From: an uncultured Clostridia bacterium
GTDB lineage: Bacteria > Bacillota > Clostridia > TANB77 > CAG-508
Reading direction: 5' to 3'
Assembly (NCBI GenBank): GCA_944391755.1
Contig: CALXUT010000011.1
Coordinates: 11,261-75,260 of the forward strand
Length of the DNA stretch: 64,000 nt
Position 1 is the first letter of the stretch. Each line of letters starts with the position of its first letter. Positions 21,383 through 30,958 of the stretch are shown piece after piece. A model generated the notes under the pieces. The model did no database searches. It saw only the letters and a list, made by a program, of their open reading frames with translations, and had not been told where the DNA came from. The translations under genes and the position numbers were made by a program.

Positions 21383-21476
21383 AGATATGTAAAATTAGTT
21401 CCTTAAACTTAGCGCAATAAAAGACACCTATTATTGATGCTCGGTATAAGGAGAAAAAGAAATAGGAGGTGTTATT

Positions 21477-21740
21477 ATGACAACAGAAAGAAAACAAGAA
21501 ATCATTAATCAATTTAGAAGAGATGAAAAAGATACAGGTTCATCAGAAGTACAAATTGCTCTTTTAACAGAAAGAATTAATGAATTAACAGAGCATCTAA
21601 AAGTTCATAAAAAAGACAACCATTCAAGAAGAGGATTATTAAAAATGGTTGGAAAAAGAAGAAATTTATTAAACTACTTAGCTAAAAAAGATGAAAAATC
21701 ATACAAAGAACTAGTTGAAAAATTAGGACTAAGAAAATAG
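21477..21740 (+). CDS. rpsO: 30S ribosomal protein S15
   Basis: 87-aa product with [44 protein letters not shown], canonical S15. Confidence 0.97.
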   Translation: MTTERKQEIINQFRRDEKDTGSSEVQIALLTERINELTEHLKVHKKDNHSRRGLLKMVGKRRNLLNYLAKKDEKSYKELVEKLGLRK

Positions 21741-21753
21741 TTGATAAGTTGTA

Positions 21754-21787
21754 AGGAGGCGTTTGCAACAAGCTACGCCTCTTTATT
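21754..21787 (+). terminator. Putative (leaky) terminator after rpsO
   Basis: ggaggcgt / acgcctct stem followed by ttatt. Confidence 0.5.
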
Positions 21788-21873
21788 CAAGTAAACTAGA
21801 CTTAGAAGTAGCTTGTATAATGTTTTAAGAATTTAAGATATTATAGAGGTTACAATCTAACAAAGTTTACTTG
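21788..21873 (+). promoter_or_regulatory. Long irregular hairpin in pnp 5' leader
   Basis: caagtaaact (21788-21797) pairs perfectly with agtttacttg (21864-21873). Inner ttaga/tctaa and tataat/attata pairings are separated by internal loops. Confidence 0.45.
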
Positions 21874-21930
21874 AAAATAGGTGTAAAAAAGCAATCATAG
21901 ATATTGCAAATAAGAAAGGTAGGAAAATAT

Positions 21931-24087
21931 ATGTTTAAAAGTTATGAAACAGAATTAGCAGGAAGAAAACTTGTTATAGAAACAGGTAAACTTTGTGGAC
22001 TAGCAAATGGAAGTGTGCTAGTAAAATATGGAGATACAGTTGTAATGGCAAATGTTACAGCTTCAAAAGAACCTAAAGAGGGAATTGATTTTTTCCCATT
22101 ATCAGTAGATTATGAAGAAAAATTATATGCCGTAGGAAAAATTCCAGGCTCTTATCAAAAAAGAGAAGGAAAACCTAGTGACAAAGCAATATTAACATCA
22201 AGAGCAATCGATAGACCATTAAGACCATTATTTCCAAAGGATTTTAGAAATGATGTTGTTGTAGTGGCAACTGTATTAAGTGTAGAACAAGATAACTCAC
22301 CAGAAGTGGCAGCAATGATAGGAGCATCAGCAGCACTATCTATTTCAGATATACCATTTGGTGGACCAACAGCAGCTGTAAATGTTGGACTAGTTAATGG
22401 AGAAATTGTTATCAATCCAACAGAAGCACAAAGAGAAATTAGTGATTTAACATTAACAGTAGCAGGAACTGCAGAGAAAGTTGCAATGATAGAAGCAGGA
22501 GCAAATGAAGTTTCTGATGAAATCATGTTAGAAGCAATTAAAAAAGGACATGAAGAAATCAAGAAAATATGTGCTTTCATTCAAAAAATGAAAGAAGAAA
22601 TAGGAAAACCAAAATTTGCATATAAATCTTTTGCTGTTGATCATGATTTATACCAATTTATAGAAGATGAGTTTACAGAAAAAATGAAAGTAGCTGTTCA
22701 AGAAGTAGATAAAGATACAAGAGATAATAATGTTTCTGTATTGTCAGAAGAAATCACAGCAGCAGTAACTGAAAAATTAGGAGAAGAAGTAGCAGAAAAA
22801 AGAGCACAAGAAATTGGAGAAGCAATTTATAAATTAGAAAAGAAATGTGTAAGAGATATGATATTCTATGAGCATAAAAGAGTGGATGGAAGAGCATTAG
22901 ATGAAATAAGACCATTATCTTGTGAAGTTGGAATATTACCTCGTACACATGGAAGTGCATTATTTACAAGAGGACAAACACAAGTAATGTCTATTGTAAC
23001 ACTTGGAATGAAGAGTGAAGAACAAGAATTAGATGGAATCGATACAGAAACAGCAAAAAGATATATGCATCAATATAATTTCCCAGCATATAGTGTTGGA
23101 GAAGCTAGACCATCTAGAGGACCAGGAAGAAGAGAAATTGGACATGGAGCATTAGCAGAAAAAGCATTAGTACCAGTAATACCATCAAAAGAAGAATTTC
23201 CATATGCTATCAGAGTTGTATCAGAAGTATTATCATCAAATGGATCAACATCACAAGCAAGTATATGTGGAAGTACGTTAGCATTAATGGATGCAGGTGT
23301 TCCAATAAAAAGACCAGTAGCTGGTATTTCTACAGGATTAGTAACAAATCCAGAAAATCCAGATGATTATGTTATGCTTACAGATATCCAAGGGTTAGAA
23401 GATTTCTTTGGAGATATGGACTTTAAAGTTGGTGGAACAGAAAAAGGAATAACCGCAATACAAGTAGATATTAAAGTAGATGGATTATCATATAAAATCA
23501 TTGAAGAAGCATTTGCAAGAACAAGAAAAGCAAGACAATATATTTTAGATGAAATTATGAAACCACAAATCGCTGAGCCAAGAGAAGAAATTTCAAAATA
23601 TGCACCACATATTGTAACCACACAAATTAAAGTAGAAAAAATAAAAGATGTTATAGGAAAAGGTGGAGAAACCATCAATAAAATCATAGATGCAACAGGT
23701 GTAAAAATAGATATTGAAGATGATGGACAAGTTATGATTTATTCTACAGATAACGACAAAGCAGAACAAGCATTAGAAATGATAGAAGATATTGTAAGAG
23801 AATTTGAAGTAGGACAAATCTATTATGGAACAGTTATTAGAACAACCAACTTTGGCGCATTTGTAGATATTGGTGGAGGAAAAGAAGGATTAGTTCATAT
23901 TTCTAAAATATCTAAAGAAAGAGTAAAAAATGTAGAAGACTTTGTTCATGTAGGGGATAAAGTTCCTGTAAAAGTTATAGAAATAGATGAACAAGGTAGA
24001 ATTAATCTTACAATGAAAGATTTGATAGAAACAGATTCAGATGAAAAAGCTGATGAAGCAAATTCTGATGCAAATCAAGAAGTATAA
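21931..24087 (+). CDS. pnp: Polyribonucleotide nucleotidyltransferase (PNPase)
   Basis: Two RNase PH domains, KH (IKDVIGKGGETINKI) and S1 (GQIYYGTVIRTTNFGAFVDI) domains. ATG 21931. Confidence 0.97.
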   Translation: MFKSYETELAGRKLVIETGKLCGLANGSVLVKYGDTVVMANVTASKEPKEGIDFFPLSVDYEEKLYAVGKIPGSYQKREGKPSDKAILTSRAIDRPLRPLFPKDFRNDVVVVATVLSVEQDNSPEVAAMIGASAALSISDIPFGGPTAAVNVGLVNGEIVINPTEAQREISDLTLTVAGTAEKVAMIEAGANEVSDEIMLEAIKKGHEEIKKICAFIQKMKEEIGKPKFAYKSFAVDHDLYQFIEDEFTEKMKVAVQEVDKDTRDNNVSVLSEEITAAVTEKLGEEVAEKRAQEIGEAIYKLEKKCVRDMIFYEHKRVDGRALDEIRPLSCEVGILPRTHGSALFTRGQTQVMSIVTLGMKSEEQELDGIDTETAKRYMHQYNFPAYSVGEARPSRGPGRREIGHGALAEKALVPVIPSKEEFPYAIRVVSEVLSSNGSTSQASICGSTLALMDAGVPIKRPVAGISTGLVTNPENPDDYVMLTDIQGLEDFFGDMDFKVGGTEKGITAIQVDIKVDGLSYKIIEEAFARTRKARQYILDEIMKPQIAEPREEISKYAPHIVTTQIKVEKIKDVIGKGGETINKIIDATGVKIDIEDDGQVMIYSTDNDKAEQALEMIEDIVREFEVGQIYYGTVIRTTNFGAFVDIGGGKEGLVHISKISKERVKNVEDFVHVGDKVPVKVIEIDEQGRINLTMKDLIETDSDEKADEANSDANQEV

Positions 24088-24093
24088 ATTCAA

Positions 24094-24124
24094 AAAGAGG
24101 ATATTATTAATATTCTCTTTTTTA
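24094..24124 (+). terminator. Rho-independent terminator after pnp
   Basis: aagaggatatt / aatattctctt stem (G-U wobbles) plus a T run. Confidence 0.6.
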
Positions 24125-24236
24125 TAATCTTTTAAAATAAAATTGTTATAACTTGCCATATACATAAAATTGTGATAACATAATAACAGTTAATTAGTAG
24201 TAAAAATCCAAAACAAAATTGTTAGGAGGGAAAACT

Positions 24237-24644
24237 ATGGCGAGTTTCGAACAAAAGATTGCAGCAGAACTTGTACGGGAAAGAGGTAAGAAACTTTTAA
24301 AAGCTGACAAAAGTGAAAAAACGCCAAAAGAGCTAGAAGCCGAAAGATTGTATTTCTGGATTTTAAGCAGAATTGCCCATGAAATTGAAACTTCTATGCT
24401 TATGAAAAAAAGTTTCAAATTAACAATTACAGAAAAGTATCTTTTGGCAGAAAAGAATGAAATCATCCTTTGTGATGATAAAATGGCAGAATATCATTTT
24501 ATGCACGTTTTTGGTAATGATATCAATGATGTACTTATCAGAGTGAAATGTTCATTAAGTTCTATGGATGGATACAATTCGTATGTAATGCAACCACATA
24601 ACGACAAACAAAAAGCAATCCTGATAGTTACAGTTGAGCTATAG
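24237..24644 (+). CDS. Hypothetical 135-aa cytoplasmic protein
   Basis: ATG 24237 follows RBS aggaggg. No recognisable motif. G+C is somewhat higher than in the flanks. Confidence 0.5.
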   Translation: MASFEQKIAAELVRERGKKLLKADKSEKTPKELEAERLYFWILSRIAHEIETSMLMKKSFKLTITEKYLLAEKNEIILCDDKMAEYHFMHVFGNDINDVLIRVKCSLSSMDGYNSYVMQPHNDKQKAILIVTVEL

Positions 24645-24650
24645 TTTCCC

Positions 24651-24682
24651 AAGCCCCTCTTTTTAAAGAGGGGCTTGTTTTG
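24651..24682 (+). terminator. Rho-independent terminator
   Basis: aagcccctct / agaggggctt stem followed by gttttg. Confidence 0.8.
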
Positions 24683-24710
24683 CCATAGAATATTTTTTAA
24701 ATCTAATTTC

Positions 24711-24801
24711 AGAAAAGAAGATATATAATATTTTGAAGACAAAGACCTATAGGAAGACCGGGGCATGTTTTTGTTAAAAAATATTATATATCTTCTTTTC
24801 T
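24711..24801 (+). repeat. Hairpin element copy 1 (subtype A): 24-bp perfect arms around conserved core
   Basis: Arms agaaaagaagatatataatatttt / aaaatattatatatcttcttttct. Core gaagaCAAAGACCtatAGGAAGACCggggcATGTTTTTGttaa. Confidence 0.8.
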
Positions 24802-24913
24802 ATTAGAATAAAATAAATATTATATGTAGTGCATTGTAAAAAACGCAAAAATATGATATAAAAAGTAGAAAAGAGTCCAAGCAATTTATGCCTTGAGAAA
24901 GGAATGAGAAAAT

Positions 24914-27900
24914 ATGAAATGGACAGAAGAGCAAAAACAAGCAATTTATGAAAAAGGAAATAACATATTAGTAGCAGCTGCAGCAGGAAGTGGAAAAACA
25001 GCTGTATTAGTAGAAAGAATCATAAACAAAGTCATAAATGAAAATATAGATATAGACAAATTACTAGTCGTAACTTTTACAAATGCCGCAGCATCAGAAA
25101 TGAGAGAAAGAGTATTAAAAGCCATATACGAAAAAATAGATGAAACACCAGAAGATGAAACCTTACAAAGACAAGTTACCTTATTAAACAAATCAAGTAT
25201 ATGCACAATAGACTCTTTTTGTTTAGATGTTGTTAGAAACAACTTTTTTGAAATCGATATATCACAAAATTTCAGAATAGGAGATACCACAGAAATCGAT
25301 ATCTTAAAACAAGAAGTATTAGAAGACTTATTTGAAGAAAAATATGAAACAGAAAACGAAGATTTTACAAAACTAATCAATACCTATACGACTTATAAAG
25401 ATGATACACCTTTAAAAGAATTTATCTTAAAAATTTATAATTACATACAAAGTAATCCACTCCCTGAAAAATGGTTAAAAGAAAAAATAGAGATGTTTAA
25501 CCTTTCAGAAAAATTAGACCAAGATTTTGCACAAACTATATGGGGAAAACTATTATTACAACAAGTAGACGAAATCTTGCAAGATGGCATTTTAAAACTA
25601 GAAGCACAAAAAAATAATCTAATGAAATATGCAGAACTTTCTACCTATTGGCAAATTATAGAAGATGATATAGAACAATTAGAAATGTTAAAAGCAAATT
25701 TAGATTCATGGGATAAAGCCTATACATTAACAACAAATTTAAAATTTAAAACATGGGCAACAAACAAAAAAATAACACTTGAAGCAAAAGACGAAGCAAA
25801 AGAAGTAAGAGATGCCGTAAAAGCATCATTAAAAAAGATAACAGACAAAATAGTAATATTTTCATCAAAAGAAGCAAATGAAGATATATATGGAATGTAT
25901 GAAATATTAAAAAAATTAGAGCAAGTCATCTTAGAATTTGGAGAAAAATTTGCCCAAAAGAAAAAAGAAAGAAATATTGTAGATTTTAATGATGTAGAAC
26001 ACTTTGCATTAAAAATATTAATTGATGAAAGTGGCAATCCAACAGAAATTGCAAAAAAATACCAAGAAAAATTTGAAGAAATTGCAATCGATGAGTATCA
26101 AGATAGTAACTTAGTGCAAGAATATATATTAACAGCCGTGTCAAGACAAAATAATATATTCATGGTAGGAGATGTAAAACAAAGTATTTATAAATTTAGA
26201 CAAGCAAGACCAGATTTATTTTTAAATAAATACAAAACATATCAATTAAAAAAAGACAAAAAAGAAAATGATAACTTAAAAATACAATTATTTAAAAACT
26301 TTAGAAGTAGAAAAGAAATATTAGATTTTGCCAATATCATTTTTACCAATATTATGAGTGAAGAGCTAGGCGAATTAAATTACACAGAAGAAGAATACTT
26401 GAATTTAGGAGCAAATTATGCTGATACAAATCAAGATTTAAGAACAGAAATAGACATATTAAATATAGAAGATGAACAAGAAAGTGAAACAGAGGAAAAT
26501 AACGAAGAGGAAGAAATAGAAAGAGTAGAAGATATAGAACTGGAAGCTAAATTTGTAGCCAAAAGAATAAAACAATTGATACAAGATAAATTTACGATGT
26601 ATGATGCCAAAAAAGAAGAAAAAAGAAATATTCAATACAGAGATATTGTTGTTTTATTAAGATCAACAAAAGAAGCGGCACCAATATTTGAAAAAGAAAT
26701 ACTAAATTTAGATATACCTGTTTTTAGTGATTCATCTTCAGAATATTTAGAAAGTATAGAAATACAAACTATCATGAGTTTATTAAAAATCATAGACAAT
26801 CCAATGCAAGAAATACCATTAGTAGCAACAATGAGGTCAATGATTGGTGGATTTACGGACAATGAGCTAGTACAAATTCGATTAAGTGATAAATATGACA
26901 ATTTTTATAATACGATTCTAAAAGCAAAGAAAGATGTTGATGCGAATTTAAGAAAAAAAATAGAAACATTTTTGGACAACTTAGAGATGTGGAGAAAAGA
27001 ACAAGAATATTTAAGTTTAGATGAATTTATCTGGAAAATATATAATGATACAGGATATTATCATTATGTAGGACTTATGACAAATGGAGAATTAAGACAA
27101 GCAAATTTGAAAATGCTGTTTGAAAGAGCAAAACAATTTGAAAGTATCAGTTTTAAAGGGTTATTTAATTTTATAAGATATATAGACAAAATCAAAACAA
27201 GTAGTAAAGATATGGATTCTGCAAAAACGATAGGTGAAAATGATGATGTAGTCAGAATTATGAGCATTCATAAAAGCAAGGGATTAGAATTTCCTGTGGT
27301 ATTTTTAGCAGGAACAGGGAAACAATTTAATATGCAAGACTTAAATAATAAAATATTACTACATCCAGAGATTGGAATCGGCGTGAAATATATAGATTAT
27401 GATATGCAAATAGAATATGACACATTATCAAAACAAGCAATTAGAAATCAAATGATGATAGAAACTTTATCAGAAGAAATGAGAGTCTTATATGTAGCAC
27501 TAACTAGAGCAAAAGAAAAATTAATTATAACAGGATATAGTAAAAAGGATAAAGAAAAACAAAAAGAAATAGAAGAATTGAAAAGTAGATATCAAACATT
27601 AAATCACATCTTACTAAAAAAATACACATCCTATTTAGATTGGATAAGATTGGTTTGCGAATTTAAGAATATAGAAGAGTTAGCAACTATTCATTTGTAT
27701 AATAAAAATGAAATCATGGAGAAAATGCAAAAACAGGAAGAAACCGAAAAACTCTCTGATAAGATAAAAGAAAAGATTTCTAAAATCGATAAAAATCAAG
27801 AACAAGAAAGAAAAATTATTAAATTATTAGAATATTGTTATCCATATACAACTTCAACAACGATACCAAATAAAATTTCAGTAACAGAAATAAAGAAAAT

Positions 27901-28504
27901 GCAAGCAAAGGATTTGAATAACGAAAATGAAGAGTTGCAAGTAGAATTGCCAATTCCGAAATTTATACAAGCAGATGATGAAATAAAAATTACAAATGCA
28001 GAAAAAGGAACATTAATCCATTTGTGCATGCAAAAACTAGATATATCCAAAAAAGAATATAGCTATGAAGATATAAAAGAACTTATACAAAAATTAGTAG
28101 CACAGAAAACAATTACACAAAAAGAAGCAGAAGCAATCCATATAAATAAAATTTATCAATTTACAAAATCAAAAATATGGAATGAAATGATAAATGCCAA
28201 AGAAGTACAAAGAGAAAAGCCTTTTTATATTCATATACCTGCAAAAGAAATTTATCATGAAGATGTACAAGAAAATTTGTTAGTACAAGGTATTATAGAC
28301 CTATATTATATAACGCAAAATGATGAATTAATATTAGTAGATTTTAAGACAGATTATTTAGAAAACGGTGATGAGCAAAAGTTAGTCGAAAAATATAAAA
28401 CACAATTAGAAATATATAAAAAAGCACTAGAAATTTCAAAAGATAAAAAAGTGGATAAAATGTATATTTATTCAACATTTTTAGAAAAAGAAATAGTAAT
28501 TTAG
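24914..28504 (+). CDS. addA: ATP-dependent helicase/nuclease AddA
   Basis: UvrD-type helicase N terminus (AAAGSGKT, DEYQDSN) and C-terminal PD-(D/E)XK nuclease (GIIDLYY...LVDFKTDY). Confidence 0.92.
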   Translation: MKWTEEQKQAIYEKGNNILVAAAAGSGKTAVLVERIINKVINENIDIDKLLVVTFTNAAASEMRERVLKAIYEKIDETPEDETLQRQVTLLNKSSICTIDSFCLDVVRNNFFEIDISQNFRIGDTTEIDILKQEVLEDLFEEKYETENEDFTKLINTYTTYKDDTPLKEFILKIYNYIQSNPLPEKWLKEKIEMFNLSEKLDQDFAQTIWGKLLLQQVDEILQDGILKLEAQKNNLMKYAELSTYWQIIEDDIEQLEMLKANLDSWDKAYTLTTNLKFKTWATNKKITLEAKDEAKEVRDAVKASLKKITDKIVIFSSKEANEDIYGMYEILKKLEQVILEFGEKFAQKKKERNIVDFNDVEHFALKILIDESGNPTEIAKKYQEKFEEIAIDEYQDSNLVQEYILTAVSRQNNIFMVGDVKQSIYKFRQARPDLFLNKYKTYQLKKDKKENDNLKIQLFKNFRSRKEILDFANIIFTNIMSEELGELNYTEEEYLNLGANYADTNQDLRTEIDILNIEDEQESETEENNEEEEIERVEDIELEAKFVAKRIKQLIQDKFTMYDAKKEEKRNIQYRDIVVLLRSTKEAAPIFEKEILNLDIPVFSDSSSEYLESIEIQTIMSLLKIIDNPMQEIPLVATMRSMIGGFTDNELVQIRLSDKYDNFYNTILKAKKDVDANLRKKIETFLDNLEMWRKEQEYLSLDEFIWKIYNDTGYYHYVGLMTNGELRQANLKMLFERAKQFESISFKGLFNFIRYIDKIKTSSKDMDSAKTIGENDDVVRIMSIHKSKGLEFPVVFLAGTGKQFNMQDLNNKILLHPEIGIGVKYIDYDMQIEYDTLSKQAIRNQMMIETLSEEMRVLYVALTRAKEKLIITGYSKKDKEKQKEIEELKSRYQTLNHILLKKYTSYLDWIRLVCEFKNIEELATIHLYNKNEIMEKMQKQEETEKLSDKIKEKISKIDKNQEQERKIIKLLEYCYPYTTSTTIPNKISVTEIKKMQAKDLNNENEELQVELPIPKFIQADDEIKITNAEKGTLIHLCMQKLDISKKEYSYEDIKELIQKLVAQKTITQKEAEAIHINKIYQFTKSKIWNEMINAKEVQREKPFYIHIPAKEIYHEDVQENLLVQGIIDLYYITQNDELILVDFKTDYLENGDEQKLVEKYKTQLEIYKKALEISKDKKVDKMYIYSTFLEKEIVI

Positions 28505-28528
28505 TAATTGAAAGGAAGTGCAAATAAT

Positions 28529-29299
28529 ATGCTATTTTCTAAAACAGGAGAATATGAAGCTTGTGGGATGTTTACAGGTGGGCATTTAAAATTACTGATT
28601 ATAACGATTATAGGAATTATTGTTGCATTAAAAAAGACGACCAATAAGACCAAAGAAGAAGTAAAACAAATAATGAAAAGATGTACAGTACTAATGTGCA
28701 TTTTAGAGGTAATTATGATAACATTTAAATTATTAACGGGAGATCCAAGAAACCTAAATAATTATGTACCACTATATTTCTGTAGTTTATTATTATATGC
28801 AGGACTATTAAGTTCTTTTGCAAAAGGAGAACTAAAAAGAATGGGAGATGTATTTTTGGCAACAGGAGGAATCATTGGAGGAATCGTATTTTTGATATTT
28901 CCAACAACATCCTTGCCAGCATATCCGGCATTACATTTTGTTAGCTTACACAGCTTCTTATTCCATGGAACGATGGTGTATTTAGGATTATTAATCAATA
29001 TAACACATTATATAGAATTAGAGGCGAAAGATATAAAATACTATGCATTACTAGTGGGAATTGTATGTGTGCTTGCCTATATTGTGAATAAAATATTTGG
29101 AAGTAACTTGATGTTTATATCACAAAATTTCCCAGGAACACCAATAGAAATTTTATATAATGCAACAGGAAGATTTTATACATTAGTTGCATCCATTGGA
29201 CAAATGACATTACCTTTTTATATTGTTTATGGAATTCTTCATGCAAGAAGTTTAAAAGTGAAGAAATTAGATGAAGCAAAAATTTATGAGAATTTTTAA
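28529..29299 (+). CDS. Integral membrane protein (about 7 TM), hypothetical
   Basis: Multiple hydrophobic helices. ATG 28529 follows RBS aaaggaag. Confidence 0.6.
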   Translation: MLFSKTGEYEACGMFTGGHLKLLIITIIGIIVALKKTTNKTKEEVKQIMKRCTVLMCILEVIMITFKLLTGDPRNLNNYVPLYFCSLLLYAGLLSSFAKGELKRMGDVFLATGGIIGGIVFLIFPTTSLPAYPALHFVSLHSFLFHGTMVYLGLLINITHYIELEAKDIKYYALLVGIVCVLAYIVNKIFGSNLMFISQNFPGTPIEILYNATGRFYTLVASIGQMTLPFYIVYGILHARSLKVKKLDEAKIYENF

Positions 29300-29344
29300 C
29301 GAATATGTTACAATTCATTGCTTATTTAAAGTATTTTCTTAAAA

Positions 29345-29430
29345 TGTTGATATATTAATATTTCGCAGTCAAAGACCCGGATTGTTACGCCCTAGCTATG
29401 TTTTTGACAAGAAATATTCATATATCAACA
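29345..29430 (+). repeat. Hairpin element copy 2 (subtype B)
   Basis: Arms tgttgatatattaatatttc / gaaatattcatatatcaaca (1 mismatch). Core gcagtCAAAGACCcggATTGTTACGCCctagctATGTTTTTGacaa. Nested inside outer 17-bp inverted repeats at 29304-29320 and 29446-29462. Confidence 0.8.
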
Positions 29431-29534
29431 TTAATAAATAATTAACAATGAATTGTAACATATAGTAAAAAATTCTTTATTTTTTTTACAAAATATGATA
29501 AAATATGCGAGAATAAAATTAGAAAGGAAGCAAA

Positions 29535-30953
29535 ATGGAAATAGTACAAGAAATAGAAAAACAAAAACAATATATAGAAAAAGTAAAAAAAATCCATCAA
29601 AATAAAAAATTAAAATATTATATATTAACAATGGGATGTCAACTAAATGAAAATGATTCAGAAAAATTATGTGGAATGATAGAAGAAATGGGATATGAAC
29701 CAACAGACAATTATCAAGAAGCGGATTTAGTCATATTTAATACTTGTTGTGTAAGAGAAAATGCAGAAGACAGACTATTTGGAAAATTAGGAGAATTAAA
29801 AAAAGTAAAAGAAAAAAGAGGAACGATTATTGCCATTGGTGGATGTATGATGCAAGAAAAGCATATCACAGACAAAATACATGAAAGTTATCCATATACA
29901 GATATTATATTTGGAACCCACACATTGCAAAATTTTCCTGAAGATTTATATAAAACATTAGAGAGTAAAAAGAAATTACAAGATGTTATAGATATAGATG
30001 GAGAAGTATATGAAGGATTACCAATCAAAAGGATGAATAATATTAAAGCATCTGTAACCATCATGTATGGATGTAATAATTTTTGTACATATTGTATCGT
30101 TCCATATGTAAGAGGAAGAGAAAGAAGTAGACATCCAAAAGACATATTAGAAGAAATTCAAGAATTAGCAAAAGAAGGATACAAAGAAGTTACGCTTTTA
30201 GGACAAAATGTAAATTCTTATTTAAGAAGTGAACAATGGAAAGAAAAAGGAATCGATTATCATGGAATTAATTCCTTTGCAACATTACTAAGAGCAGTAA
30301 ATGAAATAGAGGAAATAGAAAGAATTCGTTTTATATCACCACATCCAAAAGATTTTACAGATGATGTCATAGACGCCATTGCGAATTGTGAAAAAGTATG
30401 TAAATTAATACATTTACCACTTCAATCTGGAAGTTCAAATGTGTTAAAAACAATGAATAGAAAATACACCAAAGAACAATATTTGAATTTAGTGGATAAA
30501 ATGAAAGCAAAAATACCAAATTTAACATTGTCAACAGATATTATCGTTGGATTTGCAGGTGAAACAGAAGAAGATTTTGAAGATACCTTAGATGTTGTAA
30601 AAAAAGTATGTTTTGAACAAGTATATATGTTTATCTATTCTAGAAGAGTAGGAACTCCTGGTGATAAAATGCCAAATCAAGTTCCAGAAGAAATCAAGCA
30701 TGAAAGATTTGATAGATTAAAACAATTAGTAGAAAGTCAAATCGCAGAAAATAATCAAAAATATGTAGGAACCATTCAAAAAATATTAGTAAAAGGCCCA
30801 AGTAAAAATAATCCAGCATTATTAACAGGAAGAACAGATAGTAATAAAGTAGTTGTTTTTGAAGGTAATAAAGATGTAATCAATAAAATGGTAAATCTTA
30901 AAATCGTTTCAGAACATATGTGGTATTTAAAAGGAGAGGAAGTAAAGGAGTAA
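29535..30953 (+). CDS. miaB: tRNA-2-methylthio-N6-dimethylallyladenosine synthase
   Basis: MTTase N domain (TMGCQLNENDSE), radical SAM CNNFCTYCIVPYVRG, C-terminal TRAM. Confidence 0.95.
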   Translation: MEIVQEIEKQKQYIEKVKKIHQNKKLKYYILTMGCQLNENDSEKLCGMIEEMGYEPTDNYQEADLVIFNTCCVRENAEDRLFGKLGELKKVKEKRGTIIAIGGCMMQEKHITDKIHESYPYTDIIFGTHTLQNFPEDLYKTLESKKKLQDVIDIDGEVYEGLPIKRMNNIKASVTIMYGCNNFCTYCIVPYVRGRERSRHPKDILEEIQELAKEGYKEVTLLGQNVNSYLRSEQWKEKGIDYHGINSFATLLRAVNEIEEIERIRFISPHPKDFTDDVIDAIANCEKVCKLIHLPLQSGSSNVLKTMNRKYTKEQYLNLVDKMKAKIPNLTLSTDIIVGFAGETEEDFEDTLDVVKKVCFEQVYMFIYSRRVGTPGDKMPNQVPEEIKHERFDRLKQLVESQIAENNQKYVGTIQKILVKGPSKNNPALLTGRTDSNKVVVFEGNKDVINKMVNLKIVSEHMWYLKGEEVKE

Positions 30954-30958
30954 GAAAC

